Shown here one piece after another: positions 51,440 to 63,708 of a stretch of DNA of 64,000 nt (positions are counted from its first letter, which is position 1; every line of letters begins with the position of its first letter). The position numbers and the translations under genes were made by a program. The stretch covers positions 974,266 through 1,038,265 of the forward strand of contig NC_068989.1 in NCBI RefSeq assembly GCF_001194135.2, read 5' to 3'. The notes beneath the pieces were generated by a model. It worked only from the letters and a program-made list of their open reading frames with translations. It ran no database searches and was not told the DNA's origin. Source of the stretch: Octopus bimaculoides (lineage: Eukaryota).

Positions 51440-51964
51440 TATGCAGTGTATGCAATATTGGTGCTTCTGTTGTTGTTGTTATTGGTCGGTCCGAACGCTG
51501 TGCCTGCACCATGTGTGTGTATATGTATGTTGGTCTGTATGTACTAATGTATGTTATTATATGTAAAAATGATGTATATGTCAGCAAGCGTATGTGTATG
51601 TGTGTCTGTGTAAGATTGTATGTCTGTATGCATATATATTGTGTGTGTATGTATTGTATGTATGCATACATGTATGTGTGTATGTGTGTGTGTGTGAAGC
51701 AAGTGTGTTTTATGGTTGCAATGAGCCATGACTCACTTGCGTATTTGGTTGAAATTCAACAAATGAGATATTGGTGTTTCTTTGTCTGCAGCTGAATGGA
51801 AGATGAGTGCAGCTTCATTGTTGCATGAGCAGCGTGTTGAATGGCAGAATGGATGCAGTGGGAAACAGACTTACATATACACACAGCTAAACACACACAC
51901 ACATGCACACACATGCAAACAACTGTATGCATACGTGCATTTATATATTCGTCTGTCTGTTAGT

Positions 51965-51969
51965 TGAAG

Positions 51970-52002
<33 letters not shown>

Positions 52003-52218
52003 TTAACGTCCTCCTTCCATGCTGTCATGGGTTGGATGGGTTGACAGGAGCTGGCAAGGCAAGGGGCTGCAGCAGGTTCCATTGTCTGTTTTGGCATGCT
52101 TTCTACGGCTGGATGCCCTTCCTAATGCCAACCACTTTACAGAGTGGGCTGGGTGCTTTTTTATGGGGCACCAACACCATACTTTTTATGTTTTAGGATA
52201 TCTATATACACACACACG

Positions 52219-52259
<41 letters not shown>

Positions 52260-52345
52260 CGTCCACCTTTCTATGCTTGCATGGGTGGCACAGAGTTTAT
52301 TGAGGCACATTTACTACAGCTGGATGCCCTTCCTGTTGCCAAACT
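51965..52345 (-). mobile_element. Two adjacent family D copies
   Basis: Each begins with (cat)n and contains ctggatgcccttcct..gccaa. Confidence 0.7.
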
Positions 52346-52729
52346 TTATTAGTTTGGTCATGGGGCTGCAGCAAGGCAGTTTGTGAAGAGGTAGCGGAAG
52401 AGCTCAACTGAGCCAACGGTGTTTCTTAAATTGATGCTAAGTGGAGGAATCCTTGAAGATCAATGGTCAGGATCCCCAAGCTCTATCAAGAGAGTAACTA
52501 CAATGCATCCATAGGGGTGGTGGCCATGGTTGTGTGATCAGCTAATGAAGATTCATTATGACTGAAGCTCCGAATTCAAATTCATAATAATGGAATTGGA
52601 TGGTGACAAGAGAGTCACAGGAATCTACGAAAGCAGCATGACCAAAAAGATCACCTCTTGTGATCTCGACTCCTTTAACATGCAACACTACCCTCATGTT
52701 GTGTTCATATTTCAATCCATGTCATGAAG

Positions 52730-52950
52730 CCAGTGAGCTGGCAGAAACGTTAGCACGCCGGGCGAAATGCTTTGCGGTATTTCATCTGCTGTTATGTTCT
52801 GTGTTCAAATTCCAGTGAGGTCGACTTTGCCTTTCATCCTTTCGGGGTTGATTAAATAAGTACCAGTTATGCACTGGGGTCAATGTAATCAACTGAATCC
52901 CTTTTTCTGTCCTTGTTTGTCCCCTCTATGTTTAGCCCCCTGTGAGTGAT
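52730..52950 (+). mobile_element. SINE family B copy (gagctggcagaaacgttagcacgccgggcgaaatgc...)
   Basis: Related copies at ~3690 (+), ~30780 (+, partial), ~38850 (-), ~39650 (-), ~55330 (-) and 33695-33885 (-). Confidence 0.75.
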
Positions 52951-52991
52951 AAAGAAATAAATACATACATGTCATACTCTCACCTCATTCT

Positions 52992-53089
52992 AGTTGTTTG
53001 TTTATTCTATTTGTTTGTTCTATTTGTTTGTTCTATTTGTTTGTTCTATTTGTTTGTTCTATTTGTGTGTTCTATTTGTTTGTTCTATT
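52992..53089. repeat. 13-bp minisatellite (TTCTATTTGTTTG) x ~6.5
   Basis: Units start at 53005, 53018, 53031, 53044, 53057 (variant), 53070 and 53083 (partial). Confidence 0.9.
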
Positions 53090-53339
53090 ACACACGTACC
53101 GGCTCAGTTGAAACTCTGCCTTTAGCTAATCATCATTAGGCAGCTGCAACATCCTTGCATTTTAATCTGCAAATCAAGTTGGAGGTTTAAACAGCAACTC
53201 AACCTGAACACTAATTGCATTTACCTTACATCACCAGATGCAATATTAATTGAGTTTTATAAATATATATCTTAGATAACTTAAATTAGTTTTGGCTGCT
53301 ATCAGCCCAGGCCATGACTAACTCAATAGCACCACCTGG

Positions 53340-54170
53340 AAAAGTCTCTTAATTAATTAATTCAGAACACCATGGACCACTCAAGCAGAGAGTTGTTGTT
53401 GGCTGAGGCGTATCCAAGTGTGGGTGGCTTATCCAGTATTTCCTGGAGGAATTTGTCCAGGTACCTTTTGAAAGTTGTGGGGTCTTTTTTTACTTTAATC
53501 TCTTTCAGGATAACATTAAAAGAACAGGACCGTTTGCAGTGAAGAAATTATGTTGCAACGTTCTTATGTGATGTGATCTCGACCTTTGTAGGGGACGTAT
53601 TGCACGGGGGGGGGCTAGTCTTGGGTGAATTGTAAACATAAAACCGATATCATCTGGATAATATTGGTGGAATATTTTCCACATGGTACAAATAATGTAT
53701 CACTCATAGCAGTGTTGCAGAGAGTAGAGTTTCAGCTGTTTAAGTCAAATCCAATAATAAAGTCCCATCATGCCATTTATTTTTTTAGTGGTTGATCTTT
53801 GTGGCACTTTGATCCTCATTATATCTTTTTTTTTTGTAGGGGGGACCACAGTGGGCAGCAGTATTCATGGTGGGGGCCTAGCAAATGTTGAGAAAAGAAG
53901 GATGATGGTTTCATGATCCCTAGATTGAAAAGTTCTGAGGATTCATGAGCACATTCTGCGGGTAACATCGACTTTTTTGTTGACGTACAACACTTCAGCT
54001 AAGGTTGCTGTCAACAGTTACACCTAAGCCTTTGATATACGCACATTATATCTGTCTGTTTGAAACTCTCTTCTTTACACTTTGACTGCATATTTCAAAC
54101 TTCCATTTGCTCTCAGAATCAACTTCTCTTGTTCACAGCTGAGTCTGGCTCCCTTCATTGTTTCTGGTGG
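53340..54170 (-). mobile_element. CR1/L2-group LINE ORF2 3' fragment
   Basis: Minus-strand translation ..GM.GL.YW..LKQLKLYSLQ..YIICTMWKIF..NGPVLFNV..FKRYLDKFLQEILDKP..GY..NNSL, typical of the CR1 ORF2 C-terminus. Confidence 0.75.
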
Positions 54171-55730
54171 GTTTAAGTCTACAAAGAAATGAAAATTAAA
54201 TGAGTTACCATCAACTGTTTAAGTGTGTATACATTTTTTGAGGGGGAGGGGACACCATATATACATACATACACACATGCACAGCACATACACACACACA
54301 TGGAGATGTGTGTAAATATATAGACACACAGACATACACACACGTGCGCACATATGTCTATATTTGTGGATAGTGAAATAGATAGATTGATAATATATAA
54401 TTTGGAGAAGTGATATATAGAGTAATGGGTGGGGGAAGGGTAAGTGTAAGTGCAGCGAAGGGATAGAGAGATGGTGTTAGATGTGTGGGGGTGATGGAAA
54501 AGGGGTGATGAATATCATTGGAAGATTTAAAGAAAGAGGATGAGTGGGGGGGGGGAGATGGATAAATGAATAGTTTATTCATTTGAGCAGTGGTGGGGAA
54601 GGAGTGAGGAGGAGGAGGAGGAGGAGGAGATAGTGTAAAGATAGGGGCAGGGGAGGAAGGAGAAAAGGGCTTCATTAGATTGCTGGGTGAAAGTGTGGGG
54701 GGTGGGGGAGCATAAGGATAAGTAAATAGCGGAGAAGTTGAATATGGGTGGCTGAGTTGACTGAAGGCAGGAAGTGATGGAGACAGAAAAGAGATGGAGA
54801 TTNNNNNNNNNNNNNNNNNNNNNNNNNNNNNNNNNNNNNNNNNNNNNNNNNNNNNNNNNNNNNNNNNNNNNNNNNNNNNNNNNNNNNNNNNNNNNNNNNN
54901 NNNNNNNNNNNNNNNNNNNNNNNNNAGTTGTGTTAAGATGTTGTCTCTAAAAGTGATGAAGAAGTCTGAGGAAAAATAAGCCAAGAAAAGTGCAGGTTGA
55001 GAAGCTCACTTTGCAACCACGTGGTTTTCAAGTTCAATCCCACTCCACAGCTACACCTTGGGTAAGTGTCTTTGCCTGTAGTCCCCCTCTTGGGCCGACT
55101 AATGTTGTGTGAGCGAGGAGGAATCTGATTGATGGAAACTGTGTGGAAGCCCATCGTTTCTTTTAGCTTTTATCTTTCACTTGTTTTAGTCATTAGACTG
55201 TGGCTATGCTGGGGCACCACCTTGAAGGGTTTTAGTCAAATAAATCAACCCCAGGACTTTATTTTTTTAAGACTGGTTCTTTGTCTATTGGGTCACAAGG
55301 TCAGCAATTTTTAGGGCATGAAGTTAGGTGATGGCATTGACAGAAGTACTTGACTTTGCTACATTTTTATTCTGTGAAATTCTGGAGGGAAGAAAGGCAA
55401 AGTCGACCTCCATGGGATTTGAACTCAAAATGTTAAGAACTGGAAGAAATTCTGCAAAGCAATTTATGCTGTAAAGATTCTGCCAGTGTGTTGTCCTTAT
55501 TATAATGATCGTTTCTAACCTAGGCAGAAGGTTAACAATTTTGCAGGGTGGAGGATTAAGGGTTAGGGATTGGCCCCCAGTCCTTCACTGGTCCTTTGAT
55601 TCATTGAACCCTGGAGGGAAGATGTCAACATTGATCTTGACACAGTTTGAACTTAAAAACAGAAAGAGACAAGGCAAATGTCACAAGGCCTTTCTCTGAT
55701 GTCAGTCCTTCACCCTTTAACAACAACAAC

Positions 55731-55771
<41 letters not shown>

Positions 55772-55909
55772 TAATAATAATAATAATAATAATAAGCCTT
55801 TCTATTATAGGCACAATGCCTGAAATTTTAGGGGAGGGGGTTAAGTTGATTACAACGACCCCAGCATGTAACTGGTACTTAAATTATCAACCTCGAAAGG
55901 TTCTTAGTC

Positions 55910-56050
55910 CCAGGTCAGAGCTATGATCAAAGGCATTCCAACTGTGACCATCCTGTCTTTCTCCAGGTTCACATCCAATGCGTCCTTTTTGAAGAGAGTT
56001 GTGATTTGAGAGAGATATCTTAGCTGCTATTTCTAGCGAGTAACTAACCA
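55910..56050. repeat. Interspersed repeat family E (gatcaaaggcattcca..gaccatcc..tgatttgagagagat..gctgctatttctag)
   Basis: Related copies at ~21190, 30910-31290 (interrupted by the MITE), ~39970, ~46580, ~47560 and ~63140. Confidence 0.65.
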
Positions 56051-57194
56051 TGTAGTGGTGGAAGTGATGGCAGAGGCAGCAAACCTATTGATAGTTATTA
56101 AGAAAGAGAAATAATAAACATCATCGTCATCATCATCATCACCACCACCATCCTCATCATCGTCATCATCATCACCACCACCACACCACCCTCACCAACA
56201 TCATCATCATCATGAATAGCAGCAATGACAGCTAAGAGCCATGCTTCTCAGTCAGCTCATGTGGCGTTTTGGGCTTGGCTGCTCTTTTGGGTGGAGTGAG
56301 AGATGAGTCAACCGAAAGCTGAACTTGTGCCACCCACTTCTGCTAAACTAGATATTTCTATCTCTTGTGTCATCCCATGTAGGTGCAGGCCTGGCAATGT
56401 GGCTGATAAACTTGCTTACCAACCACATGGTTCTGGGTTCAGTCCCACTCATGGTTGATAGATCATGGGTTCAATTCTCAGACCAGGTGGCCCATTGTGT
56501 TCTGGAGCAAAATATTTCATTTCACTTTGTTCCAGTCCACTCAGCTGTAAAAGGGATAACCCTGCAACAGGATACCCTTCCAATCAGGAAGGGGGGGGGG
56601 GTGTTGGCCTGCCTGCCTGCCTGTCTGCCTGGCCACGGGGGTGACATCATACGGAAGCTAAAACGATGCGAAACACATTGTGATCAGCGATGTATAACAA
56701 CATCCGTCAGTCTGGTTGATCACGTGATGTATATATATATATATATATATNNNNNNNNNNNNNNNNNNNNNNNNNNNNNNNNNNNNNNNNNNNNNNNNNN
56801 NNNNNNNNNNNNNNNNNNNNNNNNNNNNNNNNNNNNNNNNNNNNNNNNNNNNNNNNNNNNNNNNNNNNNNNNNNNNNNNNNNNNNNNNNNNNNNNNNNNN
56901 NNNNNNNNNNNNNNNNNNNNNNNNNNNNNNNNNNNNNNNNNNNNNNNNNNNNNNNNNNNNNNNNNNNNNNNNNNNNNNNNNNNNNNNNNNNNNNNNNNNN
57001 NNNNNNNNNNNNNNNNNNNNNNNNNNNNNNNNNNNNNNNNNNNNNNNNNNNNNNNNNNNNNNNNNNNNNNNNNNNNNNNTAGGGAGAGAGAGAGTAAAAT
57101 AGGGAAATCAGTGATACTGATTACAGGAAAATACTTCAAGAGAGTAATTTGCATATGATGAAATTCACTTACAGTAGAATCTCAGCTATATCAA

Positions 57195-57230
<36 letters not shown>

Positions 57231-57722
57231 GCCATCTGCAAGTCCACAGCTGTAAGTGGGATTAACACAATCTTAAGCTGGGCAGAACAGGATATGGCAT
57301 TATGCACCAATTGATAAAAGCAATCTCTTAAGAAGCGAGAAATAGAACTGGTTATTTGCCAAAGCGTGTGTGTGTGTGTATAACTCTTTTTGAGAGAGGG
57401 GTCCTTTTTTTTCCATGTCTCCTTTAAACAATGGAATGGTGCAGCCTGAAGGTGCATGTCCAGATTTCTTGTTATTTCCAAACCAGGGAAGATACTCTGA
57501 ATGCTTGTAACAATGAACTCTTCAAAAAGTATTGTTAAATTTGATGCCACTGAGCTATTTGTCAAATTCTTCTTCTGCAACCAACCCTAATCCATAGTTT
57601 CAGTGCAGAGATTTATGTGCAGAGCATCAACCAAGTCAACCTTGGAGTCCAGGGTTATTAGCACTACTACTTGTCCCTTTGCAAACCCCTAAAGCTACAT
57701 CGTCATCATCATCATCATCATC

Positions 57723-57762
<40 letters not shown>

Positions 57763-58132
57763 NNNNNNNNNNNNNNNNNNNNNNNNNNNNNNNNNNNNNN
57801 NNNNNNNNNNNNNNNNNNNNNNNNNNNNNNNNNNNNNNNNNNNNNNNNNNNNNNNNNNNNNNNNNNNNNNNNNNNNNNNNNNNNNNNNNNNNNNNNNNNN
57901 NNNNNNNNNNNNNNNNNNNNNNNNNNNNNNNNNNNNNNNNNNNNNNNNNNNNNNNNNNNNNNNNNNNNNNNNNNNNNNNNNNNNNNNNNNNNNNNNNNNN
58001 NNNNNNNNNNNNNNNNNNNNNNNNNNNNNNNNNNNNNNNNNNNNNNNNNNNNNNNNNNNNNNNNNNNNNNNNNNNNNNNNNNNNNNNNNNNNNNNTGCTC
58101 TCTCTCTCCCTCTCTGCTCTCTCTCTCTCTCT

Positions 58133-58560
58133 GAATGAAAGGAAGATTGCATGATGCTTGTGTATGAACAACAATGCTACATGGTAGTGAAACATGGGCC
58201 CTGAATGCTGAGGACATGCAAAAACTAGAAAGAAATGAAGCTTGTATGCTGTGTTGGCTGTGCAATGTCAGTGTGCACAGATGACAAAGTACGAATGTAT
58301 TGAGAGAAGAGTTAAGCATAAGAGGAATGAGATTAGAGTACAGTAGAGAAGACTGTGACTGGCTGGTCATGTGGTGTTTATGGATGAGGAGAGTTGCTTA
58401 AAGAAATGTCAATTGCTTAAAGTGACTGGAACTTGTGGAAGAGGGAGACCCAGGAAGCCATGGGATGGAATATTGAAGGCTGGTCTCAAAATGCTGAGAT
58501 TTAGGAAGATGTCAAAGGATCGAGATAATTGGTGATAATTGCTGTGCTTGAGAAGACCCA
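58133..58560 (+). mobile_element. Degenerate RTE LINE ORF 3' fragment
   Basis: Translates with stops/frameshifts to MKGRL..ACV..MLHGSETWAL..DMQKLERNE..ML.W.CNV..GHV..MDEE..GRGRPRK.W. Confidence 0.75.
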
Positions 58561-59320
58561 AACACCACAGCTAAAAAATGGTCCCCTAAAAGCACCTTGC
58601 TATGCTTGTACCTGTGGTGGTGCCCTGCCCCATCTCACTCCCTAACATTCACTACTTCTCTATCAATGATACGGTTTGGTTGCTGCAATCACCTGAGGAC
58701 AGAATAGGAATGTAATTCTGTGTCCTTTCTGCTCTCATTATCATCCCTTCCCAGATGCCTCTGCCATCCTCAATATATCAGCTGTCATTCCCAGCATCCT
58801 CCCATGTCTGCCACCCTTTACTATAACCACCCTTAACAGCCTCTACATCTCCCTCCCCATACCTCCTCCACCTCACTCACCACATCCTATTTCCCCCCAT
58901 ATTTATCATCCATCAGCCACTCCTATCTTTCTTCCTGTACCCCACCCTCATACTGATATTTCCCATCAAGCCACACTCCCACTTCTCTTCATCGCTCACT
59001 ACACCCCCATCCCTAACCATCTGGTACTCTCCCTTCCCACCCCTATAACAGTTTCCCTACCCCTCCTCATCCACTACCCATATCATCTCTCGCTTCTTCA
59101 GAGTTTTGCGTTGTTACCATCTTATCTTCTTCCCAGATACTCCCTCCTACCCTTATATAAATGCAGGGTAGCTATTGTATCATCTTTATAGCTAGACTCT
59201 TCTCACTCTGCTTGTCCCTGGCATAACCCCTTCTCTCCATCTTCTCGACCCCCCCCCCCTCTACGACTCGGTTGAGAGGACTGCTCCCTTTTTTCCCCTT
59301 CTCTTTTTCTTGCCCTTTCC

Positions 59321-59538
59321 TGTCTTGCAAGTCTCTTGGCAACTCCACTAGTGCTGGTGCCCATGTTAAAAGTACCCTCTACACTCTGTAAAGCGGTGGG
59401 TATTAGGAAGGGTATCAACGCAGTAGAAATCGTGCCAAAACAGACAAGTGGAGCGTGGTGCAATCCTGCAGCTCACTGGATTCTGTTAAACCATTCAACT
59501 CATTCCAGCATGGAAAACGGACGTTAGATGATGATGAT
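59321..59538 (+). mobile_element. Family D copy ending 30 nt before MRAS exon 2
   Basis: ...ccagcatggaaaacggacgttagatgatgatgat, forward orientation. Confidence 0.8.
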
Positions 59539-59568
59539 TAAATTGTTATATTCTTTATTTACTTCCAG

Positions 59569-59722
59569 TGCTTGACACAGCTGGACAAGAAGAGTTTAGT
59601 GCCATGCGGGAGCAATATATGCGAACGGGTGATGGTTTCTTGCTGGTGTTTTCTGTTACGGATCCACACAGTTTTAACAGCATTACAAATTTCTACACAC
59701 AAATTCTGCGGGTAAAAGACAG
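59569..59722 (+). CDS. MRAS: MRAS coding exon 2: (V)[50 protein letters not shown](R)
   Basis: ttccag acceptor, gtgagt donor; switch II DTAGQEE; phase 1 to 2. Confidence 0.98.
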
Positions 59723-60907
59723 GTGAGTTCTACCTATCAGTAAAAACTGTCTGAAGCACCAACCCACTCCAATGTTACTCAGAAATGAATGTTTTGAATT
59801 ACAGGTACAACTCATTGTTGCTAGCTGAGTGGACTGGAGCAATGTGAAATAAAGTGTCTTGCTCAAGGACACAATGTGCCACTTGGAATAGAACTCATGA
59901 CCTTACAGTTGTGAGCCGAATGCCCTAACCACTAAGCCACATGCCTCAATTTCCATTTGAGAAAAAATTCAAAAACAATGTCGGACCCAAAGTGTCAGAG
60001 TCGTCTCCCTTTATGTTCAACCTCGTCATAACATTCAACTTGTCAAAAGATAATTTGGATGCTTTTCTCGGGAGAGAAGCGATAGTTCCCATGAGCTATT
60101 CAGGACTTTCCAAACACGGGATATGATGTAATCCGGTTTGAACGTCTATAGGTCAATGTCTTCAGAAAAAGAATGTGGGGCGGGGCGATGATGGGCTCAA
60201 ATGCTTGTGACAAAAATACTCAAAGACAAGTTAAGGATTTTTAGACTGGGCCGTTCGTTAGGGTTGGGGGTTAAGGTGCTTAATTCCTTCCTTCGGATCA
60301 AGTAAACCCAGAGAAAAGTTACAGTTCTGGTATTTAGCTGAGATAAATTAATAGGCACGCACGCATGCAGAAAATTGGAAATAAAGTTGATATTAAATTC
60401 AGCATTTGTTAAAGAAGGACTTACCATTCTAGGGAGTTGGTGATAACAAGAGTGAAGCCCATCAAGATGTCAATTGATGGTACATTGTATTCTTGAGCAA
60501 AACACTCCATTTCACATTTCCCATTGCTCTAATCCACTCGGTTATGAAAGAGCTCTAAGAATAACTGGAAAGTGAACTCTGTGAGGGTCTGGTGTCCTGT
60601 CCGAAGGATTTGGCCATAACCCCAGCTCCTTTTAATTCTGTGGAAACAAGATTAAGCTTTGGCTTTGGGGCCTAGGGCTTAGGGGATTGATGCTGTTGAC
60701 TTACCCCTCCCCGAAATTGCCGGCCTTGTGCCAAAATTTGAAACCGTTTAATTAACTGATTTAATAATTATATAATTATAACAAATGTAGTTTTATCATA
60801 AACACTCCCTTTTGAAGCTACTTGTCAAGTTCACTTGTTAACCACCTGTGTTTCTGTTAACCACCTGTGTTTTATTCACTATTTCTGTTTTTCTTTTTTT
60901 TTTCTAG

Positions 60908-61007
60908 AGATTCCTATCCGATGCTTTTAGTTGCCAACAAAGTCGATCTTGTCCATCAACGGAAAATCACTGAAGAACAAGGAAGGGATCTTGCCAACCA
61001 GCTCAAT
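60908..61007 (+). CDS. MRAS: MRAS coding exon 3: [33 protein letters not shown]
   Basis: Poly-T/ttctag acceptor, gtaaga donor; G4 NKxD. Confidence 0.97.
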
Positions 61008-61083
61008 GTAAGAGACCTGGCTGTACTATTTATCCAGGCTTACTTGTTTGCACACACACTCTGTCTGTCTGTCTGTCTGTTTG

Positions 61084-61115
<32 letters not shown>

Positions 61116-61130
61116 TTTACATGCACACAC

Positions 61131-61325
61131 ATCATCATCATCATTTAATGTCTCTTTTCTATGCAGGTATGGGTTGGACAGTTTGACAAGAGCTTAGGCT
61201 CCAATTGTCTGTTTTGGCTTGGCTTCTATGACCGGATGCCCTTCCTAATGCCAACCACTTTACAGAGTGTACTGGGTGCTTTTTACATGGTACCAGTAGG
61301 GTTGCCAAGTAGCTTGCAAGACAAC
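61131..61325 (-). mobile_element. Family D copy ~125 nt after MRAS exon 3
   Basis: atcatcatcatcatttaatgtc..ggatgcccttcctaatgccaaccactttacagagtgtactgggtgc; inverted relative to 59321-59538. Confidence 0.8.
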
Positions 61326-61565
61326 GATCTTTCAACTGAGAGAGAGAGAGAGAGTGTGATATTTAATTAAAAGAAAATTTTTAATTGAGACACCTTTGTT
61401 CATTTCTCTCTCCATTTTTCTTCTCTCTTTCTCTATTCTTTCTTTTGAAGGATGTTGACTCAAAACAAAAGATTTTTCCTTATAATTTTCCTGAATGTAA
61501 ACCTGATACATTCTTTGTGCTACTTTACCTTGTTTTTGTGCTTTATATAATTTTTGCACCACATA

Positions 61566-61602
<37 letters not shown>

Positions 61603-62073
61603 ATATCTGTATCTCTGTCTGTTTGTCTACATACACACATTTTCTTTTACATTGTTACATTTAAAAAGATGATCCTATTTGCTATTGATCTCTATGGAAT
61701 CAGTTATATATACTGGGGTCAATGTAATCATGTCACTCCCTCCCCACCATCTGCTAACTGTGTGTCTATATTATCATTAGATGATGATGATGATGATGAT
61801 ACAATGACCGAGTGCTAGAGACACTGGAACTTGTATTTATGGACCATTGCTGGAATCACCTAACATGCTTAAGCAGGATATTCAACTCCACTTATCTAAT
61901 AAATCTTTTTTCTTCTTTGGACATGTTAAGTTCTCAACAAACTGAGTCTGTGATCTCATTTCTATTCTTGGCTTCAATTATTTCCATTTCCTAATGAGTT
62001 TTTTTTTTTTTTGAATATTGTAATAATTAAACAATTATCATTTATTTAGTTTTTTAATTTCTTTCTTTCTCAG

Positions 62074-62153
62074 ATCCATTACATAGAAACCAGTGCAAAA
62101 GACCCACCCCTCAACGTCGATGCAGCATTCCATCAAGTTGTCCGAATTATTCG
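62074..62153 (+). CDS. MRAS: MRAS coding exon 4: [26 protein letters not shown](R)
   Basis: ttctcag acceptor, gtaagt donor; G5 ETSAK followed by the M-Ras-typical DPPLNVD. Confidence 0.97.
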
Positions 62154-62245
62154 GTAAGTGACTTCTTTTTGAAGCGAATTTGCAAATATTTGACCAATGT
62201 TAACTTGTCTTTATGGTACATCTTACACACCATCCTGAACATCAC

Positions 62246-62445
62246 CATCATCATCATTTAATGTCTGTTTTCCATGTTGGCATGGGTTGGACGGTTTGAC
62301 AGGAACTGGTAAGACCAGGGGCTGCACCAGGTTCCATTTTCTGTTCTGGCATGCCTTTCCTGCAGCTGGATGCCCTTCCTAGTGCCAACCACTTTACAGA
62401 ATGTACTAGATGCTTTTTATGTGGTGCCATCACCAGTGCTTGCCA
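62246..62445 (-). mobile_element. Family D copy ~90 nt after MRAS exon 4
   Basis: catcatcatcatttaatgtctgttttccatgttggcatgggttggacggtttgacagg; inverted relative to 59321-59538. Confidence 0.8.
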
Positions 62446-62465
62446 AAAATCTGCCACCCAACCAA

Positions 62466-62500
<35 letters not shown>

Positions 62501-63708
62501 TGGTCTTCCAATCACTAATGCATGTTTTTCAGGACATTGTTGGAGAACTCAGCAAAGACTTGTTAGTGATGCTGGAGATCTGCCTGGCATAGATATAAAC
62601 AGGATGACCTTTATCAACTGGTCCTGTTTGGACATTGAATGTCGTTCCTGATCTCTGTGTGGGTCTGTAATGGCTATTATCAACAAATTGGGCAAATTTG
62701 AGCAAGCTTGACCAGATAACTTGGCATAGAAATAAACCACTGAAATGAAGATTTTATGCCTCTGGAGTCCAGTTCTCACCTAAGTTGGTTTGTCCTCTCC
62801 TTCGTCCCTTACTTGGAGACTTAGATGTTCATATTTTAGGTAGAAAACATTTTGATCGACATCTTGAACGTGTCTTTTAATAAAAGCTTTGTCTGTTGGA
62901 GCTAGTTTCAGCTGCCTCTTCGGTTGTCTGGGTTCTAGACCTATCTTCTGGACTAGATGGAAAGCCACAGCAGCTAACTTCAACAGGGAATGAGGCTGGA
63001 AGCCATCACTTGAAACAAGTTTAAAAGAAAGAGATTCAGTTAACTGGAATTCTTGATTTTATTATCGATGGTCATCAAAATGAAATACATAATTATGCTG
63101 GCTTCATTTTACAGGAACTGCTCATATTTCATTTCTGTTGTTGTTTAGCCCTAGGTCAGACCTGATCAAGCACATCTATGATCAAAGATGTTCCAGCCAT
63201 GACCATCCCTTCGTTTTGTCTGTCTATAGGATTTGATTTAAGGGGAAAATTTAGATGCTTTGCTCTCATTTAAGACTGGAGAGTGTGGTTCAAGAGATGC
63301 AGAGGTTCTCTCCCTTGTCATGTATGACTAACTGGAAGAAAACTGCCAAAATGTTTAAACTTACAATTTTTTAAAAATCATTTTCCTAAGACAAGCAATT
63401 AATTAACAAGTCGTTATCATCATTGTCGTTTGACATCCACTTTTCTATGTTGGCATGGTTGGATGGGTTTTTTGCAATCTGATAGCCTTCTTGTCACTAA
63501 ACCTTTAAGTTATCTTTTTATGATAGGGACTTGATGTACCGCTTCTAAAACTGAATTCTTGTATAAGTTAGGACCGATTCCACTGCTTAACTCTACATTA
63601 ATTTAACACCCTGGATACAAAGAAAATCACAACAAACAATTTTAGGCTGCCTTAATTAAATTTAACCAGCATTCTTATGCAAACTTGATTTTTTTAAATA
63701 TTAAGGAT

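Larger units (their letters stand above)
35964..62153 (+). other. MRAS: M-Ras (R-Ras3) small GTPase gene, 3'-incomplete span
   Basis: Four exons splice in frame (518 nt): G1 GEGGVGKS, M-Ras-typical IQFFQK, effector [10 protein letters not shown]3 DTAGQEE, G4 ANKVD, G5 ETSAKDPP. Hypervariable/CAAX exon not found in the window. Confidence 0.93.

Noticed and set aside
52992-53089. Short direct repeats considered as a CRISPR-like array
   Set aside because: Head-to-tail minisatellite without unique spacers, in a eukaryotic intron.
63115-63148. Candidate MRAS last exon (ttttacag|g aac tgc ... gtt tag = RNCSYFISVVV*)
   Set aside because: No polybasic region, no Cys at -4 (no CAAX), and it runs into a family E repeat.
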